Source of the DNA: Eledone cirrhosa
Lineage: Eukaryota
Reading direction: 5' to 3'
NCBI GenBank assembly: GCA_964016885.1
Contig: OZ024743.1
Coordinates: forward strand, 61,628,001 to 61,692,000
DNA: 64,000 nucleotides
Below are positions 1-12,947 of the stretch, in pieces (the stretch's first letter is position 1; each line of letters starts with the position of its first letter). The position numbers and the translations under genes were made by a program. A model generated the notes under the pieces. It worked only from the letters and a program-made list of their open reading frames with translations, did no database searches and was not told where the DNA came from.

Positions 1-9
1 ATGTATATT

Positions 10-95
<86 letters not shown>

Positions 96-213
96 AGGTG
101 AGTAATATTGTAGAACAAGAAAACTATGCATATATCAGATAAGTAGCACTCATCAGTTGGTAGTACTGGAGTATATATTAAAGAAATTAAAAGATGCTTT
201 AAAATGTTCGATA

Positions 214-280
214 TATTTTATTATGCGCATTTCGAAAACATCATCCTGGGACAAAAATTGTGTTCTCATCAGATAAAATA
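214..280 (-). ncRNA. Type I hammerhead ribozyme
   Basis: Reverse complement of 390-459 with a 3-nt deletion in stem II. Confidence 0.75.
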
Positions 281-389
281 AGGTAACATGATACGGGGCC
301 TAAAAACACTTGCCAACAGGAAAGTGGACTTTATGTAGACTTTCCACTTTCCTGTTGGAAGTGTTTTTAGGCCTCATAACATGTTACCT

Positions 390-459
390 TATTTTATCTG
401 ATGAGAACACAATTTTTCTCCCAGGATGATGTTGTTTTCGAAATGCGCATAATAAAATA
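390..459 (+). ncRNA. Type I hammerhead ribozyme
   Basis: tattttat-CTGATGA-gaacacaa..ttgttttc-GAAA-tgcgca-TA-ataaaata; 8-bp stem I, palindromic stem III, AUA cleavage triplet. Confidence 0.85.
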
Positions 460-495
460 TATGGAACTTTTTTAACCATCTTTTAATTTCTTCTT

Positions 496-611
<116 letters not shown>

Positions 612-629
612 GCGTGTGTGTGTGTGTGT

Positions 630-897
630 AATGGTAGCTATGCTTCCATAGGCGGTATGCTGATTGAGCACTCTATGTTCTTACAGAGCAGAGTGTGATA
701 TAATATAAAACGAAAAATCAGTGATACATCTGAACTCAATTTATTGTGTGTTACAATTGTTTCACCGGCAGACATCTCGAGACACGATCATTGTGTGTAT
801 CTGTCTGATTCTGGCTATGCAGGTTCGCCGGCGAAACAATTGTAACACACAATAAATTGAGTTCAGATGCATCATTGAATTTTCGTTTTATATTATA
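630..897. mobile_element. Fold-back derived from the pLTR of the PLE at 59635-63352; second copy at ~1551-1818
   Basis: Arms ~700-769 / ~827-897; sequence matches 59635-59758 and 63190-63352. Confidence 0.85.
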
Positions 898-1020
898 TAT
901 ATATATATATATATATAAGTATAGAAGTTTCCGTTGAAAATTGAAAAAGTCATAGGAGCGAAGAGTGCTCTATGTAAGTACCAGAGGTAAATTTAATGTA
1001 TAATATACAATACAATATAA

Positions 1021-1091
1021 TTACCTCATTACCAGAGGTTTCTCGAATAAGACGACTACAAGAAACGTCCTCATTCGTTCGTCGGATAAGG

Positions 1092-1094
<3 letters not shown>
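1021..1094 (-). ncRNA. Type I hammerhead ribozyme (U4C variant); duplicate at 1934-2007
   Basis: ttgccttat-CCGACGA-a-cgaatgaggacg..cgtcttattcg-a-GAAA-cctctgg-TA-atgaggtaa. Confidence 0.8.
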
Positions 1095-1131
<37 letters not shown>

Positions 1132-1135
<4 letters not shown>

Positions 1136-1453
1136 AAGAAATTAAAAGATGGTTAAAAAAGTTCCATATATTTTATTATGCGCATTTCGAAAACAACATC
1201 ATCCTGGGAGAAAAATTCTGTTCTCATCAGATAAAATAAGGTAACATGTTATGAGGCCTAAAAACACTTCAAACAGGAAAGTGGAAAGTCTACATAAAGT
1301 TCACTTTCCTGTTGGCAAGTGTTTTTAGGCCCCGTATCGTGTTACCTTATTTTATCTGATGAGCACACAATTTTTCTCCCAGGATGATGTTGTTTTCGAA
1401 ATGCGCATAATAAAATATATGGAACTTTTTTAACCATCTTTTAATTTCTTCTT

Positions 1454-1552
<99 letters not shown>

Positions 1553-2007
1553 TGGTGGCTATGCTTCCATAGGCGGTATGCCGGTTGAGCACTCTATGTT
1601 CTTACAGAGCAGAGTATGCTATAATATAAAACGAAAAATCAGTGATGCATCTGAACTCAATTTATTGTGTGTTACAATTGTTTCACCGGCAGACAGCTCG
1701 AGACACGATCATTGTGTGTATCTGTCTGATTCTGGCTATGCAGGTTCGCCGGCGAAACAATTGTAACACACAATAAATTGAGTTCAGATGCATCACTGAA
1801 TTTTCCTTTTATATTATATATATATATATAAGTATAGAAGTTTCCGTTGAAAATTGAAAAAGTCATAGGAGTGAAGAGTGCTCTATGTAAGTACCAGAGG
1901 TAAATTTAATGTATAATATACAATACAATATAATTACCTCATTACCAGAGGTTTCTCGAATAAGACGACTACAAGAAACGTCCTCATTCGTTCGTCGGAT
2001 AAGGCAA
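1132..2007 (+). repeat. Tandem duplication of ~181-1094, a composite of three short elements plus microsatellites; HHRs at 1169-1238(-), 1348-1417(+), 1934-2007(-)
   Basis: Same order of blocks with high identity. Confidence 0.9.
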
Positions 2008-2024
2008 TATATATATATATATAT

Positions 2025-2204
2025 ACGTTATTCCGGGTTGAATCGGAGGTAACCACAGTAAGTAAGGTACTCAATACATAGCAGAGTATAAAAGTTTTAA
2101 TATAGATGAGATTCTACAGGACTAGAACTGTTTCATTCATTAGAAATCATCAGGAATCTGATGATTTCTAATGAATGAAACAGTTCTAGTCCTGTAGAAT
2201 CTCA

Positions 2205-2212
<8 letters not shown>
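2025..2212. mobile_element. Short perfect hairpin (2099-2153 / 2158-2212) with a 5'-truncated HHR core in each arm; tail on the left
   Basis: CTGATGA-tttctaatgaat-GAAA-cagttctag-TC-ctgtag; 5' strand of stem I lost at the fold-back point. Confidence 0.7.
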
Positions 2213-2261
<49 letters not shown>

Positions 2262-2390
2262 GTTCAAGAGTAACCAATCTTAAAGAGAGAGATGAAGATA
2301 GTAGAGGAGATCTGAGAGGAGTGATTGGCGAGTTAGTTAGAAGCCAAACCTAAATTTGTGTCTTGTTTTGCTTAACTAATGAATATATAT

Positions 2391-2446
<56 letters not shown>

Positions 2447-2485
2447 GATATTAATAAATGGAAACTATATTTATAAAACCATATT

Positions 2486-2550
2486 TATTTCATTATACAT
2501 ATTTCAGGGATACCAAATTAAATTATGGTATGCCTTCATCAGACAAAATA
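2486..2550 (-). ncRNA. Type I hammerhead ribozyme
   Basis: Reverse complement of 3650-3714. Confidence 0.8.
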
Positions 2551-3147
2551 CAATATATAACAGTTTTACAAATAAGCTTTGACGTACCCTTTTAAAATGC
2601 AACCATTATTTTTGGAAGCCATCTGGATAGTGAATTGTTTATATTATTTTAATAAGTCTTAGTGTTAAGGACAATTAGAAAAAGACGGAGGGAAAGAAAA
2701 AAGACGGAGAGAGAGAAAAAAGAAAAAGAAAAAAACGTGGAGAAATATCGGAGAAAGAGAAATGCATGGAGAAAAAAAAGAGAGAGATAAATAAAGACAG
2801 GAGGAAAGAAAGAAAAAAAAAGAAAAAAGAAAAAAGGAAGAAATAAGAAAAACAGAGGAAAGCAACAGAGAGATATCAAGTCATCAGACAGATAGAAAAA
2901 CTCAAGAGAGAGAAATAATATATAGAGAGAGGGGGAGATAATGAAAACTTTAGGTCATGTCATATTAAGTTGAATTAACAATTTATATGAAATTAATAAT
3001 AAAAATATAAATATTAATATTCATGAATGGGACATAAATATATAATATGAGAAATTAAACATTGTCTAATAATGATTATATGTTTAGTTTAAAACTTGAG
3101 ATCAATATACTAAAATTTGAGAAACCACTATCTTACGGCAAAGATAG

Positions 3148-3187
<40 letters not shown>

Positions 3188-3649
3188 GTCCTGAAAATAG
3201 AAATTATATCTACTCAGGTCTACAATATAGACATACAAACCGGAAAGGATTTCTCTTAATCACTGCTATACATTCCTCGTGTTATAAAATGTTCACAGTA
3301 TATATACATAAATATATACGATTAACATTCATGCCTTCATATATACGATTACCATTCATGCATTTAACATTCTGTTAAAATTATGCATATCTGCAATCAA
3401 AACTGCCTGGGTAGGCATGTGCACACATAACTCTCACCCACACACATACATATACATATATATATATACACATACATATGTATAAATAAATATTTGCGTG
3501 CGTCTTCACCAATTGTTAGACCCGCATCGCTCATGTACACATACAGACAGATATACAATCATTAAAAAAACATATAACACTTTTATATGCATGTTAATAC
3601 GCACATAAAAGGGTACGTCAAAGCTTATTTGTAAAACTGTTATATATTG

Positions 3650-3714
3650 TATTTTGTCTGATGAAGGCATACCATAATTTAATTTGGTATCCCTGAAATA
3701 TGTATAATGAAATA
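3650..3714 (+). ncRNA. Type I hammerhead ribozyme
   Basis: tattttgt-CTGATGA-agg-c-atacca..tggtat-c-cct-GAAA-tatgta-TA-atgaaata. Confidence 0.8.
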
Positions 3715-3842
3715 AATATGGTTTTATAAATATAGTTTCCATTTATTAATATCGTATATCTACTCCAAATACTTGTCGAGTGCTTTATATCAGTTATAAA
3801 AATATTTACTTGTTGTATCCCAACAATTTTAAATAGAACTTT

Positions 3843-3925
<83 letters not shown>

Positions 3926-3926
3926 A

Positions 3927-3957
<31 letters not shown>

Positions 3958-5370
3958 CTGTATAGGCTTAATAATGGAAGCATTGTCCATAATACAACAA
4001 TATGATAGAAAAAGAAACACACATAATATACGCATGTCGAAATAAATACGTTACTGGGTTAACATATAGCCTAGCGATCAAATTTTGACGGTAAAATCTA
4101 TTTGGCTATTTTAAAACTGGCAGTGCAGATACCCACTTCAAATGACATACTAAAGTTAAGATAGAATGTCTTGAAACGCTGATGATGGATTTAAGAACTT
4201 TATTTTCCCAAACGAATTGTGTTTCATATCTGAATGATCTCATCCCATCTGATCCAACCTTTCAATTGAAAGGAAAACTAATGGCAGATGTATCGCTCCA
4301 CCATCACTGTTATGATTTTCGACACAGTGAATGTATGTATGAACCCGTAACTCCTGAAAGAGTCACAGTGTTGCTATATTGACATATGTGTTTTCTTAGC
4401 GCATTTTTAAACCTGGCGGAGCCCATCTTCTCTCCATGTCTGAATACACCATAATACTTCCAGAGAAGGATAGAGTGAGAGAAAGGAAGTGGGAAAGTGA
4501 TATAGAGGAAGAATCAACCCTAGTATTAGACTGGTACTTTTTATCGAACTTAAAGAGATGAAAGGCAAAGCCTTCTATCCGACGTTCTAATGACTCTGCT
4601 AATTCACCAGTGAATAAAACCTTAATAAAGAAATTAAATCAGAATGAAATTGCATTTACAATAGAGCTCTAAAAGAAAGACTGTTATTCATATATAGAAC
4701 ACACACCGAAAGGTATGAACCTCCGTCGGTTTAGAAGATATGTGTTTTGGTTTTCGACCAACGGAACAGCCTGGTCGTGAAATTACCGTGTTTGTTTTTT
4801 TCTTAGGTCACTAGCAGTTAACGCCAAGGTATTTACAATTACGTTTGTAATTTTGAGGATGTTCACAAAATGTGGTATGTTATTCGTAAGATTTTTAATT
4901 TATGTGCTTTTCTAGTATAACATTATTGTTATTTTAAACATACATCTTATGTGTGATTTGATTATTTTTAAAAATAGGTGCTTCGTCTGATACATTTATT
5001 GAGTTGTGTTTATGTCTGAATTGTCCTATGACTTCATTTATCAATATGTCGGGTGTGTCCATTATGCTTACAAGTTCGAGTAGCAGTAAATGAAATAAGA
5101 TCTCCTTCTGTACCAGATAAACCACAGAGGCGGGCACCAAGATTCTTGTGACGTGTGGAAACATTTCTAGGGACATCCGCTCATTAGCTTTAGTGTTAAT
5201 TAAGTCTGAAAGTAGTCACAATAAGTTACCCTGATTTTCATTGAATAGCTGTTTCTACATTTCCGGCTGGTTTGCGTGTCTTCGTTCTTTGTACGGAGAT
5301 AGGAAATATCACAGAGGGTATTCCTAAACGATCAAGCTCGCTAGCTAGCAAGAGACAAAGAGAGGCTCTA

Positions 5371-5424
<54 letters not shown>

Positions 5425-5442
5425 GTATATATATATTATATA

Positions 5443-5580
<138 letters not shown>

Positions 5581-5606
5581 TATATATAATATATATATAA
5601 TATATA

Positions 5607-5647
<41 letters not shown>

Positions 5648-5910
5648 TATAATATATATATAATATATATAATATATATAATATATATAATATATATATA
5701 TATATAAGTATCTATACGTACATACATATATGTATACAGACGTACAGTAGTATGTATATATATACATACATGCACACATATATATATATGTACGTATGGA
5801 TTTACCGAACATGTATAATAATGCTCGGCGTGTTTGTAAACAAAGATCACGAATTAAGCCGTACAGTGTTTAGCAACCATCGTTGCCCTTTTGTTCAACA
5901 CTGACAAAGG

Positions 5911-5955
5911 TACGATGTACTAGTTTCAAGCTTATTAGCTATCGTCAGCACCGTA
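5911..5955 (-). ncRNA. Minimal type I hammerhead ribozyme
   Basis: tacggtg-CTGACGA-tagctaataagctt-GAAA-ctag-TA-catcgta. Confidence 0.85.
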
Positions 5956-6434
5956 TACCTTCCTGCCAGATGATTGAACGTCTGAACGTATATGCTTTCC
6001 TTATGCATATTAACGGCTGAGCAGCCTAATTTGCATATCGAGTGAGTTAATCGGTCGGGCGCACCGAAAATGATAAACGGAAAAAATAAAACGAAATTTC
6101 ATTTCTCACTATTAGTACGGCTGTTACTTAAATATAAGTATGTATTCGTACATACATATATGTATACAGACATACAGTAGTACGTATATATATACATACA
6201 TGCACACATATATATATATGTACGTATGGATTTACCGAACATTTATTATAATGCTCGATGTGTTTGTAAACAAACATCCCGAATTAAGCAGTACAATTTC
6301 ATTTTTTTCCGTTTATCGTTTTCGGTGGGCCCGGCCGATGAACTCACTCGATATCCAAATTGGGCTGCTCAGCCGTTGATATGCATAAGGAAAGTATATA
6401 CTTTCAGACGTTCGATCATCTGGCAGGAAGATAT

Positions 6435-6477
6435 ACGGTGCTGACGATAGCTAATGAGCTTGAAACTAGTACATCGT
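6435..6477 (+). ncRNA. Minimal type I hammerhead ribozyme
   Basis: acggtg-CTGACGA-tagctaatgagctt-GAAA-ctag-TA-catcgt; GUA triplet, palindromic actagt. The next copy (6862-6904) has GAAA mutated to TAAA. Confidence 0.85.
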
Positions 6478-7289
6478 TCCTTTGTCAGTGTTGAGCAAAT
6501 GGGCAACGATGGTTGCTAAACACTGTACGGCTTAATTCGGGATATTTGTTTGCAAACACACCGAGCATTATAATAAATGTTCGGTAAATCCATACGTACA
6601 TATATATATGTGTGCATGTATGTATATATATACATACTACTGTACGTCTGTATACATATATGCATGTACGTATACATACTTATATTTAAGTAACAGCCGT
6701 ACTAAGAGTGAGAAATGAAATTTCGTTTTATTTTTTCCGTTATCGTTTTCGGTGCACCCGGCCGATTAACTCACTCGATATCCAAATTGGGCTGCTCAGC
6801 CGTTAATGTGCATAAGGAAAGTATATACTTTCAGACGTTCAATAATCTGGCAGGAAGGTATACGGTGCTGACGATAGCTAATAAGCTTTAAATTAGTACA
6901 TCGTTCCTTTGTCAGTGTTGAACAAAAGGCAACGATGGTTGCTAAACACTGTACGGCTTAATTCAGGATGTTTGTTTACAAACACACCGAGCATTATAAT
7001 AAATGTTCGGTAAATCCATACGTACATATATATGTGTGTGCATGTATGTATATATATACATACTACTGTACGTCTGTATACATATATGTATGTACGTAAA
7101 CATACTTACATTTAAGTATCAGCCGTACTAAGAGTGAGAAATGAAATTTCGTTTCATTCTTTTCCATTTATCGTTTTCGGAACGCCCGACCGACTAATTC
7201 ACTCGATATGCAAATTAGGTTGCTCAGCCGTTAATATGCATAAAGAAAGTATATACTTTTAAATGTTCAATCATCTGACAGGAAGGTAT

Positions 7290-7331
7290 ACGATGCTGAC
7301 GATAGCTAATAGCTTGAAACTAGTACATCGT
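7290..7331 (+). ncRNA. Minimal type I hammerhead ribozyme
   Basis: acgatg-CTGACGA-tagctaatagctt-GAAA-ctag-TA-catcgt. Confidence 0.85.
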
Positions 7332-7449
7332 TCCTGTGTCAGTGTTGAACAAAAAGGCGACGATGGTTGCCGAACACTGTATGGCGTAATTCGGGCTGTT
7401 TGTTTACAAACAGACCGAACATTATAATAAATGTTCGGTAAACCCATAC

Positions 7450-7518
<69 letters not shown>

Positions 7519-7643
7519 CATGTATGTATATATATATACATACTACTGTACGTCTGTATACATATATGTATGTACGTATACATACTTACATTTAAGTATC
7601 TGCCGTAGTAAAAGTGAGAAATGAAATTTCGTTTCATTCTTTT

Positions 7644-7721
<78 letters not shown>

Positions 7722-7726
<5 letters not shown>

Positions 7727-9160
7727 CCAGTGGGAGAACAGCGACTCCGTAATTAAGTGGTTTAACTCCTTCAAATCCCCAAAAGCGAAGTTCACACGGT
7801 TTGACATTGTTGATTTTTACCCGTTGATCTGAGACCTTGTTAAACAAAGCGTTGGACTTTGCTACCACTTACACCACCGTCGATGGTTTAGACAGGGAAA
7901 TCATCGCTCACTGCTGAAAAACCCTCCTCTTCAACGACGGAGTAGCCTGGGCAAAGAAGTCAACAACTTCAAACCTATTCGACATCTCCATGGGATCGTT
8001 CGACAGTGCTGACGTATGCGACTTGGTTGGCCTATTTATTTTAGATATATTACGTGTTAGATTCCCGGACTTCCACACGGGAATATACCGCGACGATGGA
8101 CCGAGCTTATCGAGACATAAAAGTGGTCACGGCCTCGACCGGTTTAAAAAAGACTTAGCTTCTACCTTCAATGAGTTAGGACTTAGGATAACAGTAGCTA
8201 CCAACCTCTCTAGCGTAGATTTCTTAGACATTAATTTAGACCTTCGCACACACCTACAAACCCTTCCATAAGCTAAACGAAAAACTCAATTACATTCACA
8301 AGGACTCATGCCACCCTCCCACTGTTTTTAGAAACCTCGTAAATAATATCAGTACTAGAATCTCAAACCTCTCCTCTAATAAGGCTATCTTTCACAGGGC
8401 GGCACCCTACTATAACACAGCGTTAGCTAACAGCGGCTTCTCGCAACCTATCACTTACTCTCCCACTATCAACAACAGCAATAAGAAAAGAAAGCGTAAC
8501 AATAGACAAACTATCTGGTTCTCTCCTCCCGTTTCACTCAACGTTAAAGCCAATGTAGGCAAAACATTTTTAGCCCTCTTAGATAGACACTTTCCCATAG
8601 GTCATAAATACCGCTCCATCTTTAACCGACACAACGTTAAACTAGGATACTCTTGCACTAAGAACATGAAGGTCCACATCACCAACAACCCTAAGAGCAA
8701 CACCCCACCAGGGTGCTCTTGCCGTAAGCCCGAACCTTGTCCCCTTCAGAAGCAATGCAACACACCCGTGGTAGTTTATGAAGCTGTGGTCAATTCCAAC
8801 CGGCCAAATCAACCACAGGATGTCAAATCCTATGTAGGTATGGCGGAGGGCCGATTTCAGGAACGCTTCCTGAACCACCAGTCGAACTTTAGGTACCCGG
8901 GCAGACGTTTATCCACGAAACTTGCGCGCCACGTATGGTCCGTCCAGGACTCAAGTATAGACTACTCCATTCAATGGAAAGCCATCACTAAGTCCAAGCC
9001 ATACGCAAGGGGTAATCCATCGTGTGGACTTTGTATTGATGAACGAATAAATATTCTAAACAGATTACGCAGTAGTGATTGCCTAAACACGAGTATGAAT
9101 TCTTCACACATAGCCCACACGTATGGAAAAACCTCTTACATAACTACAAGCTCCGGATTG
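7722..9160 (+). pseudogene. 5'-truncated Penelope-like RT + GIY-YIG endonuclease (YRDD type, probably Naiad clade)
   Basis: [53 protein letters not shown]; frameshifts and stops. Confidence 0.9.
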
Positions 9161-9323
9161 AATTACAACAATATCCTAATTTTCTTATCAGCTAGTAACT
9201 TTTCAGACTTTCGCAGACTTTCCCTTACACCTCTCGCACGCATTTTAGTATTGCCTGTATGAAGTGATCGTTCCTGTGCATGCGCATTCGTACGGAAATC
9301 CTTCCTGTTCCGTATAACCATGT

Positions 9324-9373
9324 CCATTACGAGCTGAGGATCCGCTAAGGTGAAATAATTGTTCTCGGTATGG
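9324..9373 (+). ncRNA. Minimal hammerhead in the PLE 3' pLTR
   Basis: cgag-CTGAGGA-tccgctaaggt-GAAA-taattg-TT-ctcg, ~170 bp after the ORF. Confidence 0.7.
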
Positions 9374-9396
9374 TGAACTAACTGTTGTGTAACCAC

Positions 9397-9482
<86 letters not shown>

Positions 9483-9559
9483 ATATATATATATAATAAA
9501 TTATTTATATATATACATATTATATATATATATAATAAATTATTTATATATATAATATG

Positions 9560-10217
9560 TATCGCACCTCAGCCTTCTGACATCAGCTCCGCCAACTCAA
9601 CATGCGCGTTCCTTTCCCTGTCACCTACCACCCCATCAACCTACCACTCCGGCGACATATCCTCCGTTCCTTCCGCATCCTCTCTTCAGACACCGTCATT
9701 TCTCGCTTTTTTCCAAACCCAACCATTACTGCATTAAACACGCCCGCTACATCCGCTACTTCCTGGTTCGCAGTTCCTCCTCGTCCTCTCCCACGACTCC
9801 ACCCGGCTCTTATCCTTGTTCCCGTTCCCGCTGCAACATTTGTCCTTTCATTTCCACCCTCACCACTCTTACAGACCCTAAGGGGTTTTTCAGTATCCGC
9901 CACTCTTTCACCTGCACATCCACCACGTTGTCTATACCCTTAGGTGTTCCCTTTGCGGGTCTTTATATATCGGACAAACGGGACGCCGTATGGCGGACCG
10001 TTTTGCCGAGCATTTGAGGGACATACGACTCGGTTTGGATACTCCTGTCGCCCGTCATTTCTGTTCGGCTGGTCATTCTTCCCTACATGTTTCAGTCCTG
10101 GGTGTCATTTTACATCATGAAACACAGGCCTCGCGCACCAGGACTGAACAAAGTCTGATTCACCGCCTTGGGTCCTATTCCCTTCTTGGACTCAACTCAC
10201 CTCCCCAATTTCTCTAA
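9560..10217 (+). pseudogene. PLE C-terminal fragment (thumb/linker + GIY-YIG with CCHH, Neptune-like)
   Basis: RVPFPVTYHP; CSRSRCNICP; FTCTS; CSLCGSLYIGQTGRRMADRFAEH..VARHF; frameshifted. Confidence 0.85.
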
Positions 10218-10287
10218 TGCTCCGTACATTATCACACCCCTAGATTCCTATCGCTTTCTCTTGATCATTAACATTTTCTCTTACAAC

Positions 10288-10900
10288 TACTTTATAACAG
10301 CAACTGCTTGTATACCTTTTACTGACCACCTGACCTATTTTCACCCCTAAAATAAGCTTCAATTACTACTATTTTACCATTTGGCCAATTATTAACTTTC
10401 TATTGGTTAATTCTAAACCTCTTACCAAACAGACAGAATATATTAGATCTTTGTTGGTTTTATTCAATGAACAAATATAATTATTTCTGAGGTCAGCATA
10501 CGACCTATTTTCTTCCCTAAAATAATCCTTCATTCATAATATTCTTTTCCATCCAAAACTGAAATCTACCTTCCTCTACCCATAATTTAAGGTTCTTCTA
10601 CTACTATATTACTATCTTGACCCTCACTATCTCTCTATTGGTCAATTCAAAACCTGTTCCCAAACAGACCTATTGTATTGAATCTTTGTTTTTTTCAATA
10701 AACAAATATCATTATTTCTGAAGACAGCATATATATGTGTAGGTATTTATATTCCCTCTGATAGTTTGTATAAATATTGTACATAGATCTATAGAATATG
10801 CATACCAATTCTAACACATATATATCCTAGAAACGATCGTAAAATGATGATTTTTTTAAATATAAGGAACTCTTTCTTTGTTTATTCATTATTTTATTAA
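10288..10900 (+). repeat. pLTR copy, near-identical to 21846-22460 (+) and 18005-18620 (-)
   Basis: Direct sequence match over ~600 bp. Confidence 0.9.
10708..10851 (+). ncRNA. Type I hammerhead with a ~105-nt stem II region
   Basis: atcattattt-CTGAAGA-[~105 nt incl. atatatatgtgt/acacatatatat]-GAAA-cgatcg-TA-aaatgatgat; 10-bp stem I. Confidence 0.8.
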
Positions 10901-10957
10901 TTTATATTATATATATTATTGTATATATATATATTATTATATATATATACATACTTA

Positions 10958-11363
10958 GGGCGGTGGATTGGCAGTATCGGTAGAGGGTCGGACACCATGC
11001 TTTGACGCATAGAGTTACGGCCCTTGCCATTCTGTGTTCAAATCTCGCCGAGGTTAACTCTGCCTTTCATCCTTACGGAGTCGATAAAATAAAGTACCAG
11101 TAATGTACTGGGTAATTTCTGGCCTTGTACCAATTGTAGAAACAATTATTAAGGGCGGTGGATTGGCACTATTGGTAGAGGGTCTGACGCCATGCTTTCC
11201 AGCAAAGAATTATGCCCCTTCATGGTCTGAGGTTAACTTTGCCTTTCATCCTTACGGGGTCGATAAAATAAAGTACCAGTCACGCACTGGGGTCGATTTT
11301 ATCGACTTTCCCCACCCCCAAAATTGCTGGCCTTGTGCCTATATAAGAAACCATTATTATTAT
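10958..11363 (+). mobile_element. Two tandem tRNA-derived SINEs with a Meta-like central domain
   Basis: A/B boxes (tggcagtatcgg, gttcaaatc), gcctttcatccttacggggtcgataaaataaagtaccag, (TAT)n tail. Confidence 0.85.
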
Positions 11364-11476
11364 TGGTCTAATCGGACGCCTTTTACTCGCTGGTTTTATA
11401 AATATAGTTTCCATTTATTAATATATTGTATATTTACTCCACTAATCTTTTGAGTGCTTTATATCAGTTATAAAAA

Positions 11477-12520
11477 TGGCATGAAAGTATAGATAGACTG
11501 TTTGAGTTTAAAACCCTTCTCAACACAAACTTACAATTCACAATGGATTACAGCCATGAACAACTCCCTTTCCTCGACATCCTCATCAAGAAAACAAGCA
11601 ACAAAATAGAAACAGACATATACTACAAACCCACAGACTCCAAACAATACCTTCCATTCAACTCGTGCCACCCTAGACACACCAAAATGGCAATTCCTTA
11701 TAAACTAGCCAGAAGGATCTGCACAATAGTTTCAGATAAATACACATGCTACACACGACTAGAAGAATTAAAAAACACACTTATCAGCAGAAACTACCCA
11801 CCATCCCTAATCACCAATGGATTCCAGCGTGCCCTAAAACTAGACATCCAGGAACTCAGACACCCCAAACCCAGGAATGAACCGCAACAAAAAACTCTAC
11901 CATACATCTCCACACACAACCCCCTCAACAATGAGGCATTCGACACCATCCTCAAGAACATTCCTTTACTAAAAAGAGACCCAAGAATGAACAAAATCCT
12001 CCAAACACACAACATCATAAAGAGCAAAAGACAACCTAAATCCATAAAAAACATCCTCACACAAGCCAAAATCCAACTAACCCTCACAATAAACCCTACA
12101 GTAACAAATTGCAGAAGGCCCAACTGTGGCATATGCATAAATCTAATAGAAGGTTCAACATTCCATTTTAAACAAGGACAGCGTTTCACAGTTAAACACA
12201 ACTTTACATGTGCATCTGAAAACCTTATCTATGTTTTGACCTGCTCAGGTTGTGAAGAGCACTACATAGGACAGAGAAAATACAGCCTCCGTCAACGTAT
12301 GACCGTCCATAAATCCTAAATTAAAATACAGGAATACAGAAAGATTGCATTTAGTGAATATATCGCCAATTGTGCTCACAACCAACATCCAAACTTTAAA
12401 ATGTTCCCCATTTATGAATTCATAGACAACGCTACTTTCATCCAACATACCAATAAGGAAACATATTTCATTAATAAATTCCAACCCCTACTTAATGCTC
12501 TAAAAATCGGACCAATCTAA
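11477..12520 (+). pseudogene. 5'-truncated PLE RT thumb + GIY-YIG (Neptune-like)
   Basis: LPFLDILI, TDIYYKPTD, SCHP, CRRPNCGIC, FTCASENLIY..CSGC..YIG; in-frame stop at 12317; preceded by a pLTR tail fragment at 11390-11476. Confidence 0.9.
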
Positions 12521-12607
12521 AACTGCAACAAACAATCAAACATTTACAAGAGTTACCTCCCTCACACCCTACCTAATCCTTTTTCTTAAATAAATTAAAT
12601 ATCATCC

Positions 12608-12663
12608 AGAGTTATTATGCAGGGGGAAGCAATTCTTATTGCTTCCCCCTGCATAATAACTCT
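12608..12663. repeat. Perfect 26-bp-arm hairpin in the PLE 3' region
   Basis: agagttattatgcagggggaagcaat-tctt-attgcttccccctgcataataactct. Confidence 0.9.
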
Positions 12664-12947
12664 CCAAAAAGGGAAATCATATCAAACCTCAGTCCACCTT
12701 TTGCCTTCATCACGGAATCATGGATCAACTAAGCACTCTTGCTATATTAACTCATATTGATCTGCTTAACTTCAATAACTTTGTTTGTAAATAACATTAT
12801 TTTTTCTTCCACATTGATTTTTATGTTCTACATTATGCACGTTTGTTTTCCTTTTTCTTTTTTCTTTTCATAAACCTTGTTTGTAAATAACATTATTCTT
12901 TCTGCACCTTGTGTTTAACATGTGCGACACCACACTAATACATTTCA

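Larger units (their letters stand above)
2442..3845. mobile_element. Non-coding element with ~150-bp inverted HHR-bearing termini (2442-2592 / 3608-3759) and a right-side tail
   Basis: Arms are reverse complements; flanked by (TA)n; same family at 11390-11476 and 16105-16750. Confidence 0.85.
5706..7647. mobile_element. Retrozyme-like array of ~428-bp HHR units: ~1.3 units on - (5706-6290), then ~3 units on + (6296-7647)
   Basis: HHR cores at 6441, 6868 and 7296 (spacing 427 and 428); strand switch at ~6293; further copy at 50645-51065. Confidence 0.85.

Noticed and set aside
4934-5176. 80-aa ORF; also 46071-46379 and 56512-56847
   Set aside because: No recognisable domain or convincing splice context, so a host exon cannot be supported
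5706-7647. CRISPR array or prokaryotic system
   Set aside because: Whole units repeat with no unique spacers, no cas genes, and the context is eukaryotic
7820-7920. TGA codons in the Naiad-like ORF as possible selenocysteine (reported for some Naiads)
   Set aside because: One results from a frameshift and the other sits at an expected Arg (HC*K, CGA>TGA); conserved Cys positions are not TGA
10958-11060. tRNA gene
   Set aside because: The A/B boxes belong to SINE heads; no complete cloverleaf, and the sequence continues into the SINE body
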